Virus record (IMG/VR): IMGVR_UViG_3300013105_000843
Coordinates: 65,557 to 129,556 of that record
Reading direction: 5' to 3' (one strand)
DNA: 64,000 nt
Source: a virus
Taxonomy: Duplodnaviria; Caudoviricetes
Part shown: positions 36,319 to 46,075 of the stretch, piece after piece
Layout: the number at the start of each line of letters is the position of its first letter
Numbering within the stretch: position 1 is the first letter of the stretch
Notes under the pieces: generated by a model
Database searches by the model: none
The model's input: the letters and a program-made list of their open reading frames with translations, nothing else
Told to the model about the DNA's origin: nothing
Translations under genes and position numbers: made by a program

Positions 36319-37806
36319 TCAGATGAGTCCCACCGCAGTGGGCATCACGACCCTCACCTTGGTCCCTCGGATGGCGGGGCTCGTGAGCACCTCGACACGT
36401 CCGCCGTAGATAGCCGCCCGCTCGCGGAGACTGCGCAGACCGGCGCCCTCCTGCACCTTGCGAGGCAGCCCGTGACCGTTATCCTGTACCTCGAGCCAAT
36501 AGCCTTCTCCGTCAACCCCCATCCGCGCCGCGAAACGTGTCGCACCGGAATGCTTGGCCACGTTGTTGAGCAATTCCTGCAGACTGCGAAACAGATGCTG
36601 GGCCATCTCGACCCCCGGCTCCTGCCAGCCCTCTATCACCTCGAGCTGACCCTGTAGCGCGGACCGCCGCCGGTAGCTCACGACGAATTCCGCCGCGGCC
36701 GCGCCCAAGCCGTTGCTGTCGACGGTGACCTGACGCATCTGGTAAGCGAGACGCCGGGCAGCTTGCATGATTTGCCGCGCATGCTCATAGACGTCGGTGA
36801 GCTTTTCGTGCAGTTGGTCATCCCCGTTCGCCAGGCGCCGATTCAAGCTCAGCACGCGCTCAATCTCCAACAGCAACAGCGTTATCTCCTGTCCGAGGTT
36901 GTCATGAATCTCGCGCGCAATGGCTCCGCGCTCCTGCTGGCGCACTTCCAGCAAACCTTGGGCAATGGACCCAAGGGATGGCTCGTAGGGCGACAAGGAC
37001 ATGGTTTCGGCCTGAACGCGCTGCATTGCTAGCACCCCGACGTGCAGCCGCTCCCGATTACCCGGAAGCGGAAACATCAAGAGCTGCCAGCGGCCGCACT
37101 CGCCCAGATGCAATTCTTTCTGTTCCATGCGCCCAGAGCGGCGAACCTGCTCGGCCAGCCCACGCCAGTCCGGATTACTGACCATGGCGCCGGCGTAGTC
37201 GTGCTTGCAGATGCACGCGTTTCCCGCGTCAACCTCGGCCTGGCCCGTCGGCCCACGCAAGCAGTCTGGCAAGTCCTGGTAGGCACGGTTGTGAAACAGC
37301 AGCCTGTTGTCCTGGTCCAGCAGCCATCCCGGATATGGCAGCTCGCCAAACAGAGCCTGAGCCAGCGTTTGATAGCGCACCTGCCAGAGGTCCGCATCGT
37401 ATGCGTCGGTAACATCCTGCAAGACGAGCCAGACCGCTGTCTTCGTGTATTCGCCACCGGCCGGTACAATGTTCAGTTGCAGGCGCACCCGCCGACCACG
37501 CGGACGCAGCTCGAGCGGATAGTTGCTCAAGGTCTCTACGCCGGCACAGGCGCCGATGAGCCGCATGCGCACGTCTGCGGACAGGTTCGAATCCATGAAC
37601 TGGCTGATGTCGGCGGTGCGCCGGCCAAACATGGTCCGCGCGGCCGCGTTGGCATCGAGCACTGTGGCGCCATCCTTCGAGAGAAGCAGCATCGGTACGG
37701 GAAGCGCATCTGGCGCAACTGTCGCCGCCGGCGCACGCATAGCCGACACCCCGCCGGCAGTCGTCACGGACGATGCCGCCATCTCGTCGAAGTCAACAGT
37801 TGACAT
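36319..37806 (-). CDS. Cytoplasmic PAS-domain HisKA_3 sensor kinase
   Basis: AREIHDNLGQ (H box), QELLNNVAKH, DNGHG, GAGL. Confidence 0.9.
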   Translation of the reverse strand: MSTVDFDEMAASSVTTAGGVSAMRAPAATVAPDALPVPMLLLSKDGATVLDANAAARTMFGRRTADISQFMDSNLSADVRMRLIGACAGVETLSNYPLELRPRGRRVRLQLNIVPAGGEYTKTAVWLVLQDVTDAYDADLWQVRYQTLAQALFGELPYPGWLLDQDNRLLFHNRAYQDLPDCLRGPTGQAEVDAGNACICKHDYAGAMVSNPDWRGLAEQVRRSGRMEQKELHLGECGRWQLLMFPLPGNRERLHVGVLAMQRVQAETMSLSPYEPSLGSIAQGLLEVRQQERGAIAREIHDNLGQEITLLLLEIERVLSLNRRLANGDDQLHEKLTDVYEHARQIMQAARRLAYQMRQVTVDSNGLGAAAAEFVVSYRRRSALQGQLEVIEGWQEPGVEMAQHLFRSLQELLNNVAKHSGATRFAARMGVDGEGYWLEVQDNGHGLPRKVQEGAGLRSLRERAAIYGGRVEVLTSPAIRGTKVRVVMPTAVGLI

Positions 37807-38159
37807 ATCCACGACCTGCCCCTCAATGAATCTTCTTCCGGTCAAATTTACCGCGCGCTGCGAAACAACCCATTACACTACGAAACATCTTGTTACATTC
37901 GAGTCGCAGCTCGAGAGTCAAAAAGCACCGCTGCGGCGTCGACTGAAAGATATCCGCAAGCTTTCCGCTATAGTGTCAAAATTACCCATGCAGCGAAACA
38001 ACCCCTTACATCAGGAAACAATTTGTAACATCAAGGGCAAGTTCTGGACCTTTTTGACGCCAATTAGTGGATATCGGCAACGTCGGACGAAAGTTTAGAG
38101 GCGGTTGCAACCTTTTGGCGCATTTATCTCAAAGAAATTTCGTAACAAATGGGGCGACC

Positions 38160-38194
38160 AAAAAAAAGGCACCTGCAATAATTACAGGTGCCTT
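38160..38194 (-). terminator. Rho-independent terminator downstream of the HU gene
   Basis: AAGGCACCTG-9-CAGGTGCCTT followed by a T run on the minus strand. Confidence 0.8.
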
Positions 38195-38326
38195 GAAAAG
38201 GCCGCCTGGGCGGCCCGAGGGGAAAGAAGGGTTGCTACGGCGCTGGGAGTCACCCACCTTACGACGCACTGCATGCACGTCGCGTAATCGCCACAGTAAG
38301 GGGAACGAAGGATTAACGGGCGTCGG

Positions 38327-38623
38327 TCAGTCCGTGACGAGCTGTTTAAGCGCCGGCGACACGGTGAGCTTCACCACCCGGTGCGCGGGTACCACCACGC
38401 GCTCGCCAGTCGCCGGATTGCGCGCTTCGCTGGCGGGGCGCGGTCGGGCCTCGAGCGTGCCGAACTGATGCAGGCGCACCTGCTTGCCGGCGGCGAGTTC
38501 ATCCTTGACAGTCTCGAACACGAAGCGCGTGATGTTGGCGCCATCCTGCTGGCTCAGGCCGAATCGCGCGGCCACCGCAAAGGACAGGTCCTTCATGTTG
38601 AAGGTAGGGGTTATCTGGGCCAT
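38327..38623 (-). CDS. HU/IHF-family DNA-binding protein
   Basis: V.L..FGT, ARNPATGE, PALK. Confidence 0.9.
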   Translation of the reverse strand: MAQITPTFNMKDLSFAVAARFGLSQQDGANITRFVFETVKDELAAGKQVRLHQFGTLEARPRPASEARNPATGERVVVPAHRVVKLTVSPALKQLVTD

Positions 38624-38760
38624 AAACGTCTTGCTCCTGAATTTGGTCTGGCTGTTCCGGTTTTTTCGGAACGGGCCTGAGTATAGTATGCCTCGTAAAA
38701 CGTATTTGTCAAGCTGGCCCAGGAGATTGTGCCCAAATATTTCCAAAACTCTGTGAAAAC

Positions 38761-39453
38761 TCAGCAGGTGGCCGAAAAGCCCTGTCGCGCTCTCAGGCAG
38801 GTGAGCGTGGCCAGCTCGGCGCGCAGGCGACGGCTGAGGGCTGCCACTTTCTGAGAGTAGCGGTCATCGCTTGTACCGTTGTAGCGCATCAGCGCGCGTC
38901 GCAGGTTGCCGTCTTCGCGGTCCAGATAGTCGCGAAGCACGCTCGCGCCGATGCGGATGTTTTCAGCGACCCCGGTACGCACAACCGCCCCGTTCGGGAA
39001 CTTGTCGCGATGCCAGCGCCCTGCCACCTGCATGATGCCGTAGGGTTCCAGCGGGTCGGCGCCTCCGCCCGGGTTGCCTACGTCGTGCCGGAACGACGAC
39101 TCGGTCGCCGCAATCGCGAGCAGCACCACCGGGTCCAGTTGGTAGGCGCGCGCCGCGTGCTCGACAGCACCCGCGACTGTACTGGCGTACCCCGAGGCAA
39201 GATTCCAGCGGGTTTCCAGGTAGCCGCTCACCCGCTCCTGCCAGACCTGGCGGTCGACCGCCTGTGCCGGGACCGCGCGCGGCGCGGCTGTGGTGGCGCG
39301 GAAGAACCCCTGCGCGACGGTGTGCAACGGATTGACCGGCGCACTCGCCGGCCGGGAGGAAATGGCGAGCGCGAGCATGGTGCCCAGCGCGAGCCCGCTC
39401 AGCCGATGGGTAACCAGCGTGCGGGCCGGGCGATGCAGACGATGCCGTGCCAT
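38761..39453 (-). CDS. Lytic transglycosylase (SLT)
   Basis: AIAATESSF, GIMQV, NI..G..L, RYNG. Confidence 0.85.
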   Translation of the reverse strand: MARHRLHRPARTLVTHRLSGLALGTMLALAISSRPASAPVNPLHTVAQGFFRATTAAPRAVPAQAVDRQVWQERVSGYLETRWNLASGYASTVAGAVEHAARAYQLDPVVLLAIAATESSFRHDVGNPGGGADPLEPYGIMQVAGRWHRDKFPNGAVVRTGVAENIRIGASVLRDYLDREDGNLRRALMRYNGTSDDRYSQKVAALSRRLRAELATLTCLRARQGFSATC

Positions 39454-41468
39454 CAGTTCGCCTCCGGCAGGAAGTCCACCTGCAGTTCCGGATAGGCCGG
39501 ACGTTCGCGCGACAGCTCCCGCCAGCTCACGAGCAGCGACGTGCCTTCAGTGAGCACGCGCGAGGGCTCGCCGCCGGCCGGCCCCACCCACATCTCGTCG
39601 ACCCGCTGGAAACCCTTCGAGCGCAGGTCGCCGGCCGCAAGCCACGCACTGCACTGCCAGCCCTGAATCACCACGCGCAACCCGCGTGCGTTCGCGCGCA
39701 CCACGCGCGCGCGCACCGCCTCCCCGACCGGCTTGTCGGCCATGAAAGCCGCGAGCTTGAGGCGGTCCCACACCATGCGCTCCGCGAGGCGCGCCGCGTG
39801 CGAGCGCTCCGAGCACTGCGCGACTTGCGCGCCGAGCGCAATCCATTCGGCCTCGGTCAGCTGCGTGCCCGCCGGCGCGAGCAGCAGCCGGTGCACGAGC
39901 AGGTCCGCATAACGGCGAATCGGGCTCGTGAAATGGGTGTACCAGTTCATGCTCAGCGAAAAGTGACCTCCCGGTGCGTCCTGGTTTTTCACCACGTACT
40001 TTGCCGGCTGCATCGCCGCACGGATGCGCAGCGCGGCCGCCGCCTGCGCGTCACCACCAAACGCGGAAGCGAGTGCCGCGAGCGCTTGCATGCTCGGCGA
40101 TTCCGGCAAGGCCTGGTCGGCCACCTGTGCCCAGTCGCGCAATTCGCGCCACGCGTCGGCATCCGGCGGTGGCTGGTGGCGAAATAGCCCCGCGCCATAT
40201 CGCTCAACGAGCATCGTGGCGGCGACGCGGTTTGCGAGCAGCATCAGCTCCTCGACGAGGCGGTGCGCGTCATTGCGAGTCTCCCAGCGGATGCGCCAGT
40301 TACCGCCGTCCTGAACGAGCGTCGGCTCCGGGTCGTCGAAATCAAGGCGTCCGGCTTCTTCGCGTTGGCGCGACAGCAGCGCATACACGTCGGCAAGGGC
40401 ACGCAGGCTGGCTTCGACCGGCGCGGCGAAGCGCACGTTCTTGCCGGCCAGGAAGGCGGCCACCTGCCCGTACGAGAGGCGCGCCGCCGATTGAATCAGT
40501 CCGCGCTGCAGCTGGCTCGCGGTAACGTGCCCAGCTTCGTCCAGGGTGAGCGTGAGCACCACTGCCCGGCGCAGCACGCCCGCCATCAGCGAGCAGCGGT
40601 CGGTCGACAGCGCCTCCGGCAGCATCGGCACCACACAGCCCGGCAGGTACAGCGACGTGCAGCGCTGCGCCGCCCAGGCATCGAGCCCGGAGCCGGGCCT
40701 GACATACCAGGACACGTCGGCGATTGCGACCTGCACCTCCCAGCCCGAATCGAGCCGGCGTGCATACACCGCGTCATCAAGGTCGCGTGTGCTCTCCCCG
40801 TCAATCGTCACGAAAGGCACACCGGCATGCGTGGTCCAGGCGTCCGCGGACTCGGCCGACGACTCAGCGACGGGCGCCTGCGCTTCGTGGGCCAGCGCGC
40901 CGGGCATCTCCTCGTGGAAGCCGAACCGGGCCCGCGCGTAGGCGAGGTCAAATCCCGCCTCGGTGCGCGGCCCGAGCCGCTGCACGAACGCGACCGGGAT
41001 GGGCTGCAGCGCGGCCGGCCCCTCATACGCGGGCAGGCGCACCAGTACAACGTCGCCCGTTATGAGCGAGGCGGGTGCATCTTGCAGCGCGAGTGTCACG
41101 AAACACGGCTCGTCCGGAGCGAGCGCGAGGCCCGCCTCGTCCTGCCGCACCTCGCACAGCATGAATCCTGCGCCGCGCGTGACGCGCATCACGGCGCGGA
41201 CCTCGCGCCCTTCCTCGGGCGTCACGTCCGCGGGACGGAACTGGACTTCATCTCCCGTGAGCAGCGGCCGTGCGAGCGGTGCGCGCAGGTAATAGGACTC
41301 GCCAGCCTCGGTGGTGATGAACGCGAATCCGCGCGGGTGCAGGTTGACGCGACCGCTCAACGACGGTGCGACGGGGGCCGGCGGCGCGGCGGGCGCCTGC
41401 CCGTGTTCGAGCACGATGGCGCCAAGCAGGACGTCCAGCTCGGGGGAAGCGGTAAATCGACGACGCAT
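39453..41468 (-). CDS. RNase II/R (RNB) family exoribonuclease
   Basis: HPRGFAF cold-shock domain, TIDGESTRDLDDA, EELML.AN, HFTSPIRRYADL. Confidence 0.9.
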   Translation of the reverse strand: MRRRFTASPELDVLLGAIVLEHGQAPAAPPAPVAPSLSGRVNLHPRGFAFITTEAGESYYLRAPLARPLLTGDEVQFRPADVTPEEGREVRAVMRVTRGAGFMLCEVRQDEAGLALAPDEPCFVTLALQDAPASLITGDVVLVRLPAYEGPAALQPIPVAFVQRLGPRTEAGFDLAYARARFGFHEEMPGALAHEAQAPVAESSAESADAWTTHAGVPFVTIDGESTRDLDDAVYARRLDSGWEVQVAIADVSWYVRPGSGLDAWAAQRCTSLYLPGCVVPMLPEALSTDRCSLMAGVLRRAVVLTLTLDEAGHVTASQLQRGLIQSAARLSYGQVAAFLAGKNVRFAAPVEASLRALADVYALLSRQREEAGRLDFDDPEPTLVQDGGNWRIRWETRNDAHRLVEELMLLANRVAATMLVERYGAGLFRHQPPPDADAWRELRDWAQVADQALPESPSMQALAALASAFGGDAQAAAALRIRAAMQPAKYVVKNQDAPGGHFSLSMNWYTHFTSPIRRYADLLVHRLLLAPAGTQLTEAEWIALGAQVAQCSERSHAARLAERMVWDRLKLAAFMADKPVGEAVRARVVRANARGLRVVIQGWQCSAWLAAGDLRSKGFQRVDEMWVGPAGGEPSRVLTEGTSLLVSWRELSRERPAYPELQVDFLPEAN

Positions 41469-41867
41469 GGGTGTGTTCTCCATCAGATGTGCCGCGCGTA
41501 GCCGCGCAGCCTCAGCGGGTACGGTCGATGGATGAACGCAACACGCCGGCGACCATCGCCGGACGCGCCTGCACGGGCCAGGGCATCGGGTACCACGCAA
41601 TAAGTGAATTCTGTCCGCTTAATATACCATTTTTAAGCTTATTCGCCAACATCGTCCGAGACGACACAAGCGCAATGGCAAGCTTGGACAGGAGGAAAGG
41701 TATAGGGAGACAAATGATGTCAGCCCGCGCAGGCGGGCGCGGCGCCGATTTTCTGCCGGCGCACGGGCAGTTTCAGTTAACTTTATGGTCGAATCGATGT
41801 TGTTGGTTATACTCCTCAACTTACACCAGAAGTCCGGGAGTGCCATCCGGCCGGAAGACGAACCATC

Positions 41868-42203
41868 ATGACCACACTGCACGAGAGCCCCGCGCCGGGC
41901 ACCGGCGCGTATGAGGCGCACCGCCGCTCAGGCCTGCCGACCTCGCACTACACGTTGCTGCCGGAGCATCCGCTCACCGGCACGACGCTGCACGAGCGGC
42001 TCGCGCGCGAGCACTACACGGTCGAGCAGGTGTTCGAGGCCTGGTGGAAAGGCACCTACCAGGTCGCCGTGCTGCGCGCCTGCGCGGGCGACATCTACAA
42101 GGTGTATGTGGTGGGGATGACCGACTGTCTGAGCGAAGCGATTGCCGACGAGCTGGCGCTGTTCGAACAACGCTTCGAAGTGCTGCCCGCCGGCGCACGG
42201 TGA
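41868..42203 (+). CDS. Hypothetical protein
   Basis: 111-aa ORF followed by a hairpin at 42234-42258. Confidence 0.6.
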   Translation: MTTLHESPAPGTGAYEAHRRSGLPTSHYTLLPEHPLTGTTLHERLAREHYTVEQVFEAWWKGTYQVAVLRACAGDIYKVYVVGMTDCLSEAIADELALFEQRFEVLPAGAR

Positions 42204-42279
42204 CAGTCAACCAGCGCCCATTGCGCATGACTGCAAAGCCCGCCAATGGCGGGCTTTGTGCTTTCTGATGGTAGCGTGG

Positions 42280-42654
42280 TCAAGGCGTGCGACGAGCGCA
42301 GCGTGACAGGCGAGCACGACGCACGTGGCGCATAGCACGACGGCCGAGTTCGACAGAGACCATTGCTGCCACGGCTACCATACCTCCCAACATGAGGCCC
42401 ATGACGTCGATGAATACGGACAGGCAGCTGCTGATGAGCAGCCCCCCGCCAATGCACAGCGTCGCAAAAATCAGCACACCGACCAGCGGCAATCCGGTCG
42501 CATTTGCTGCCGTCTGGTTCAGGACCGTTTCAGCCAGAATCCAGACATGCAAAGGACTGTTATGCATCCACCAGTCGAAGTACGGCTGACCGTAGGACAG
42601 CATCAGCGCGGCGGCAATGAGCAAGCCAACGGCAACCACCATAATCGATTTCAT
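42280..42654 (-). CDS. Membrane protein
   Basis: Three hydrophobic helices. Confidence 0.6.
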   Translation of the reverse strand: MKSIMVVAVGLLIAAALMLSYGQPYFDWWMHNSPLHVWILAETVLNQTAANATGLPLVGVLIFATLCIGGGLLISSCLSVFIDVMGLMLGGMVAVAAMVSVELGRRAMRHVRRARLSRCARRTP

Positions 42655-42840
42655 CGGGAACACCCGTCAAGAAAGGCCGGCACCACGCCAGCCGACGGCG
42701 AGTATAGGCACTGCAGCGCTCATCGCCTTGCCGAAATCAGTAGTCGCGCGGCACGCACATCAATAGCTGTACTGATGCGCTCAGTGATGCCGTAATTTTC
42801 GCTATACGCCTCCGTGGACATATGCCTTTCGGAGGCAATC

Positions 42841-43227
42841 ATGAAACTTGTTGTCGTGACTGGCCTGATTGACCCGGCGGACCCGAAGCACAAACGTCGT
42901 CCGGCGGTAGTGCTGGGCATGGTGAACGGCCGCGTTGCGGTCGCTCCCTGCTCAACGAATCCGATGCGCTCGGGACAGGTGCTCCGTGGTGGCGTTCTGC
43001 TCACCAAGGACAGCCCTGCCTTCGCTCAGACTGGACTCTTTGCCGAAAAAGTCATCATCAACGTCGGCAGCGCCGCGCTGTATGCGATTGACTCGCCTTT
43101 CGTGCGGGGATGTCGTCAGATTGGCGTGCTCGACACTGACCTCGACAAGCATGTCGGGGACAATCTGAAGGAAATGATGCGCACGTATGATTTGCTGCAC
43201 TGCCCTCGTATCTACGAGGCAGCCTGA
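42841..43227 (+). CDS. PemK/MazF-like protein
   Basis: K.RPAVVL.....VAP.ST motif; GGAGG RBS; own terminator at 43263-43289. Confidence 0.6.
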   Translation: MKLVVVTGLIDPADPKHKRRPAVVLGMVNGRVAVAPCSTNPMRSGQVLRGGVLLTKDSPAFAQTGLFAEKVIINVGSAALYAIDSPFVRGCRQIGVLDTDLDKHVGDNLKEMMRTYDLLHCPRIYEAA

Positions 43228-43327
43228 CAGCAATACGGTCCTTCTCTTCTCTCTACTCTCTCAACCGCTCCTTCTTGGAGCGGTTTTTTATTTGCCGGTC
43301 CGGCGGGCCGCCCTGCGCCCGCTGGAC

Positions 43328-43612
43328 TTATGCCTTGCCTTCGGGGCTGTAGTAAAGACTGTCTCCGCATTGCCCACAGAAGTGCTCGCGCATGAACGTA
43401 CGCTGCATGACATTGCGCACGCTCACGTGGTCGCTGCCGCAGGACTTGCACGTCACGCGCTTTCCACGGACGGCATCGGGATAGGTTGTGCGATACCACT
43501 GGTAGTTCTTCGCCAACATCCGGCGCTTGCGCCGGATGTTGCTAATAATGATTGCAGCGAAGAAGGCCACGAAAAGCAGCGCAACCAGCAAATCAGCAAT
43601 GATGTCCGCCAT
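43328..43612 (-). CDS. Small membrane protein with a zinc ribbon
   Basis: TM helix, CKSC and CGQC. Confidence 0.6.
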   Translation of the reverse strand: MADIIADLLVALLFVAFFAAIIISNIRRKRRMLAKNYQWYRTTYPDAVRGKRVTCKSCGSDHVSVRNVMQRTFMREHFCGQCGDSLYYSPEGKA

Positions 43613-43932
43613 GCCATGACTCCTGTTCTTTTCACGGTCCTGCGTATCAAGGCAGGACACGCCTGGATGAAGCAATACCCATGGTTATCGGCATTGCTGC
43701 CCGAAGCCTTTAGGCCGCGCAGCGCTATAGAAAGCCCGCGCAACCCCGACCGGCCCGCGCACCTTCGTCGCGACGCGCGCGGGGCGGAAGAGCCGCTTCA
43801 GCCCGGTGCGCTGCCGGCTGATATGCGTCTTGAAAATGCGCACCGGCATGCGCTTGCGCCGCCGACGCACGCTCCGGCAAATCGAGCCGTCGTCCAGACG
43901 GCCGCCACCGTGGCGGTCTGTCAGCATGACCA

Positions 43933-44622
43933 TCATGCGCTCCTGCGCCCGTGACCGGCCGGCGCCGCCTGGGCCTGGTCGCTGTGCGAAATGTCGCGCA
44001 TGGTCTCGTCCCACTTCCGGGTCCACAACTTCGCCGTCGCGTCGTCGGCGAGCGCGTCGCGCATCGCACGCACCCGCGCAATCTCGCTTTCAGCGTGTGG
44101 CGTGCCGCCCGCATTGAGTGCGAGATAGTGGTCGAGCAGCTCGACCTTGCGTTCGAAGTTGAAAACCGCGATGCGCAGCCGGAAGGTCATGCGCGTCGGG
44201 TCGTATTCGGTGCCGCGCAAGTCATTTAGCGCCAGGCCGAACGGTCGCAGCTCGTCAGCCATGAACCGGCGTACCGCCGTGAGCCGCTGCAAGCCGTCAA
44301 CGCACTGAATGCCGACGGGCAGGTCGCGCTCGGGTGACACCGCGCGCCGCTCGAAGTTCGGACAGTTGAACTGGATGGTCAGGCCGCTTGTAGCCACCGC
44401 CCCACGCATCACGTTCTCGATGAAGTGGACCTGTTGTTCCGGGCTCCAGACGTGTCCGCGCTGATAGTCCGGAATCAACTCGAGCCCCCCGTAGTCCTTG
44501 TCGAGAGTCTCGAGCATCCGCTCGACGAAATTGAAGTGCGTATCGACCTCGTACCGGGCCTGCTCCAGCGGCCGGATGAGCGCACGTAGTTGAGCAGCCT
44601 TCTGTTGCCGGAGGTCAGCCAT
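43933..44622 (-). CDS. DUF262 (GmrS/ParB-Srx fold) protein
   Basis: PDYQR..VW, VDGLQRLT, LN.GGT. Confidence 0.85.
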   Translation of the reverse strand: MADLRQQKAAQLRALIRPLEQARYEVDTHFNFVERMLETLDKDYGGLELIPDYQRGHVWSPEQQVHFIENVMRGAVATSGLTIQFNCPNFERRAVSPERDLPVGIQCVDGLQRLTAVRRFMADELRPFGLALNDLRGTEYDPTRMTFRLRIAVFNFERKVELLDHYLALNAGGTPHAESEIARVRAMRDALADDATAKLWTRKWDETMRDISHSDQAQAAPAGHGRRSA

Positions 44623-44628
44623 GATGCC

Positions 44629-45090
44629 TCAGGCTCCCTGCTGTTTGACGGCAGTCGCGGCGCCGCACAGAATGGCGGCCGCTTCGCCGACTTCAGGCTG
44701 ATTGGCCCGGACCCAGGACGATTCCGCACCCGCCCAGACGTCCCCCGTCTCGAGGTCGATGAGCACGAATTTCTGGGGGCAGTGCGTCGTTACCGGCAGG
44801 TTCACGACCTCACCCAGCTCGCGCGCCATCCGTCCACTCTTCAGCGGGCGCTCGGTAAGGGGCACGCAACACCAGTGGACGTGGCCCGCCTTGGTCAACG
44901 TGCCCTCGCGACGTGCCTGCAGGATGAGCCGGTCGGCCAGCTCGTTGGCTGCCTTCATACTGCGTGGCCGAGTGAGCGAATGGAGTTGCTCGGCCAGGTC
45001 CTGCCGACGGAACGGTTTGCTGCCACGCTCGTCGACGAACCGGCGCCAAATTCGGAGGGCAGCCGTGCCGGCGCCTGTACTCAGTGCCAT
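44629..45090 (-). CDS. Hypothetical protein
   Basis: 153-aa ORF in an operon. Confidence 0.6.
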   Translation of the reverse strand: MALSTGAGTAALRIWRRFVDERGSKPFRRQDLAEQLHSLTRPRSMKAANELADRLILQARREGTLTKAGHVHWCCVPLTERPLKSGRMARELGEVVNLPVTTHCPQKFVLIDLETGDVWAGAESSWVRANQPEVGEAAAILCGAATAVKQQGA

Positions 45091-45093
45091 GGC

Positions 45094-45963
45094 TCAATCC
45101 TCAAATTCGACGAGGACGTCGACGACATCCCCCTTCGCGCTACTGTGCGCGAAGTAGCGCAGATAGGTCGAATCCCCGCGCTGCACCAGGGCCCAGTCGT
45201 GGCCGCGGTCGTCGAGGAACGCATTGACATGGTGTGCCGGCTTGCCCATCGCGTTGAACCTCGCTTCGTCGTACAGCAGCCAGACGCGATGAACCTGGCG
45301 GCCGCGCGCCGACGCGGGCAGCTCGACGAGCTTGGCCGAATTGTTCTGGACGCTACGCAGTACCAGGTACTTGTTCGCCAGCTGGGTCACCTCGGCCACA
45401 GAGCCACCGGCCGCTTCGACCGCGGCGCGGAATGCCGCACGAGTAGATTGCATCCAGGTGTCGACCTGCTCGAATGTCATACCGCGCTGCTTGGCGAATG
45501 CCACCTTGAGCGGCAGGCTGGTGAGCGTTCCACGCACCAGCTCCTCCCGACAGATGGCGAGGAACTCGTCGGGAATCTTCCTGGCTTCGCTGGCGGCTGC
45601 CATGCCGAGCTGCATCATGAGCCGCTCGAGCGATGCGTCGATGCGCGCGAACTCCGTCGAGTTCAACTCGGACTGGTGTTCGCGAATCCATCGCTTGATG
45701 AGCGCGCCCGCGGCGAACTGAGCTTGAGCGCCCGGCTCCGGGCCGCCGATGACCACCGCCTCGACCTGCTTGTCCATGCCTTCCGCGATGACCGACAGCG
45801 CCGCGCCGACCGCTTCCGGGTCGTGCGTGACGTCTTCGCCCTGGGTCACATTGAGCGCCCGCTCGTCGGACTGGAACTGCTGGACCTGGTCGAGCCAGGC
45901 CGGTTTCTCCGTGCTGGACATGCTGACCTCCGTACCCTCTTTTGTGCGAATTATCGACATCAT
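45094..45963 (-). CDS. Hypothetical protein
   Basis: 289-aa ORF; TTGACA-17-TAACTT upstream (45970-45998). Confidence 0.65.
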   Translation of the reverse strand: MMSIIRTKEGTEVSMSSTEKPAWLDQVQQFQSDERALNVTQGEDVTHDPEAVGAALSVIAEGMDKQVEAVVIGGPEPGAQAQFAAGALIKRWIREHQSELNSTEFARIDASLERLMMQLGMAAASEARKIPDEFLAICREELVRGTLTSLPLKVAFAKQRGMTFEQVDTWMQSTRAAFRAAVEAAGGSVAEVTQLANKYLVLRSVQNNSAKLVELPASARGRQVHRVWLLYDEARFNAMGKPAHHVNAFLDDRGHDWALVQRGDSTYLRYFAHSSAKGDVVDVLVEFED

Positions 45964-46075
45964 GATTCGAAGTTACAGAAAAGTACCATAGTTGTCAAGT
46001 TAAGCTTCAGAATGGTATATCGTGAAATACAAAAAATTAAACCCGGCCGCGGCCGGGTTCGAGGTGCAGATTCCA

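Noticed and set aside
37880-38150. Scattered GTAACA/TGTTAC words upstream of the sensor kinase
   Set aside because: Only three short, irregularly spaced copies in AT-rich DNA; too weak to call an operator.
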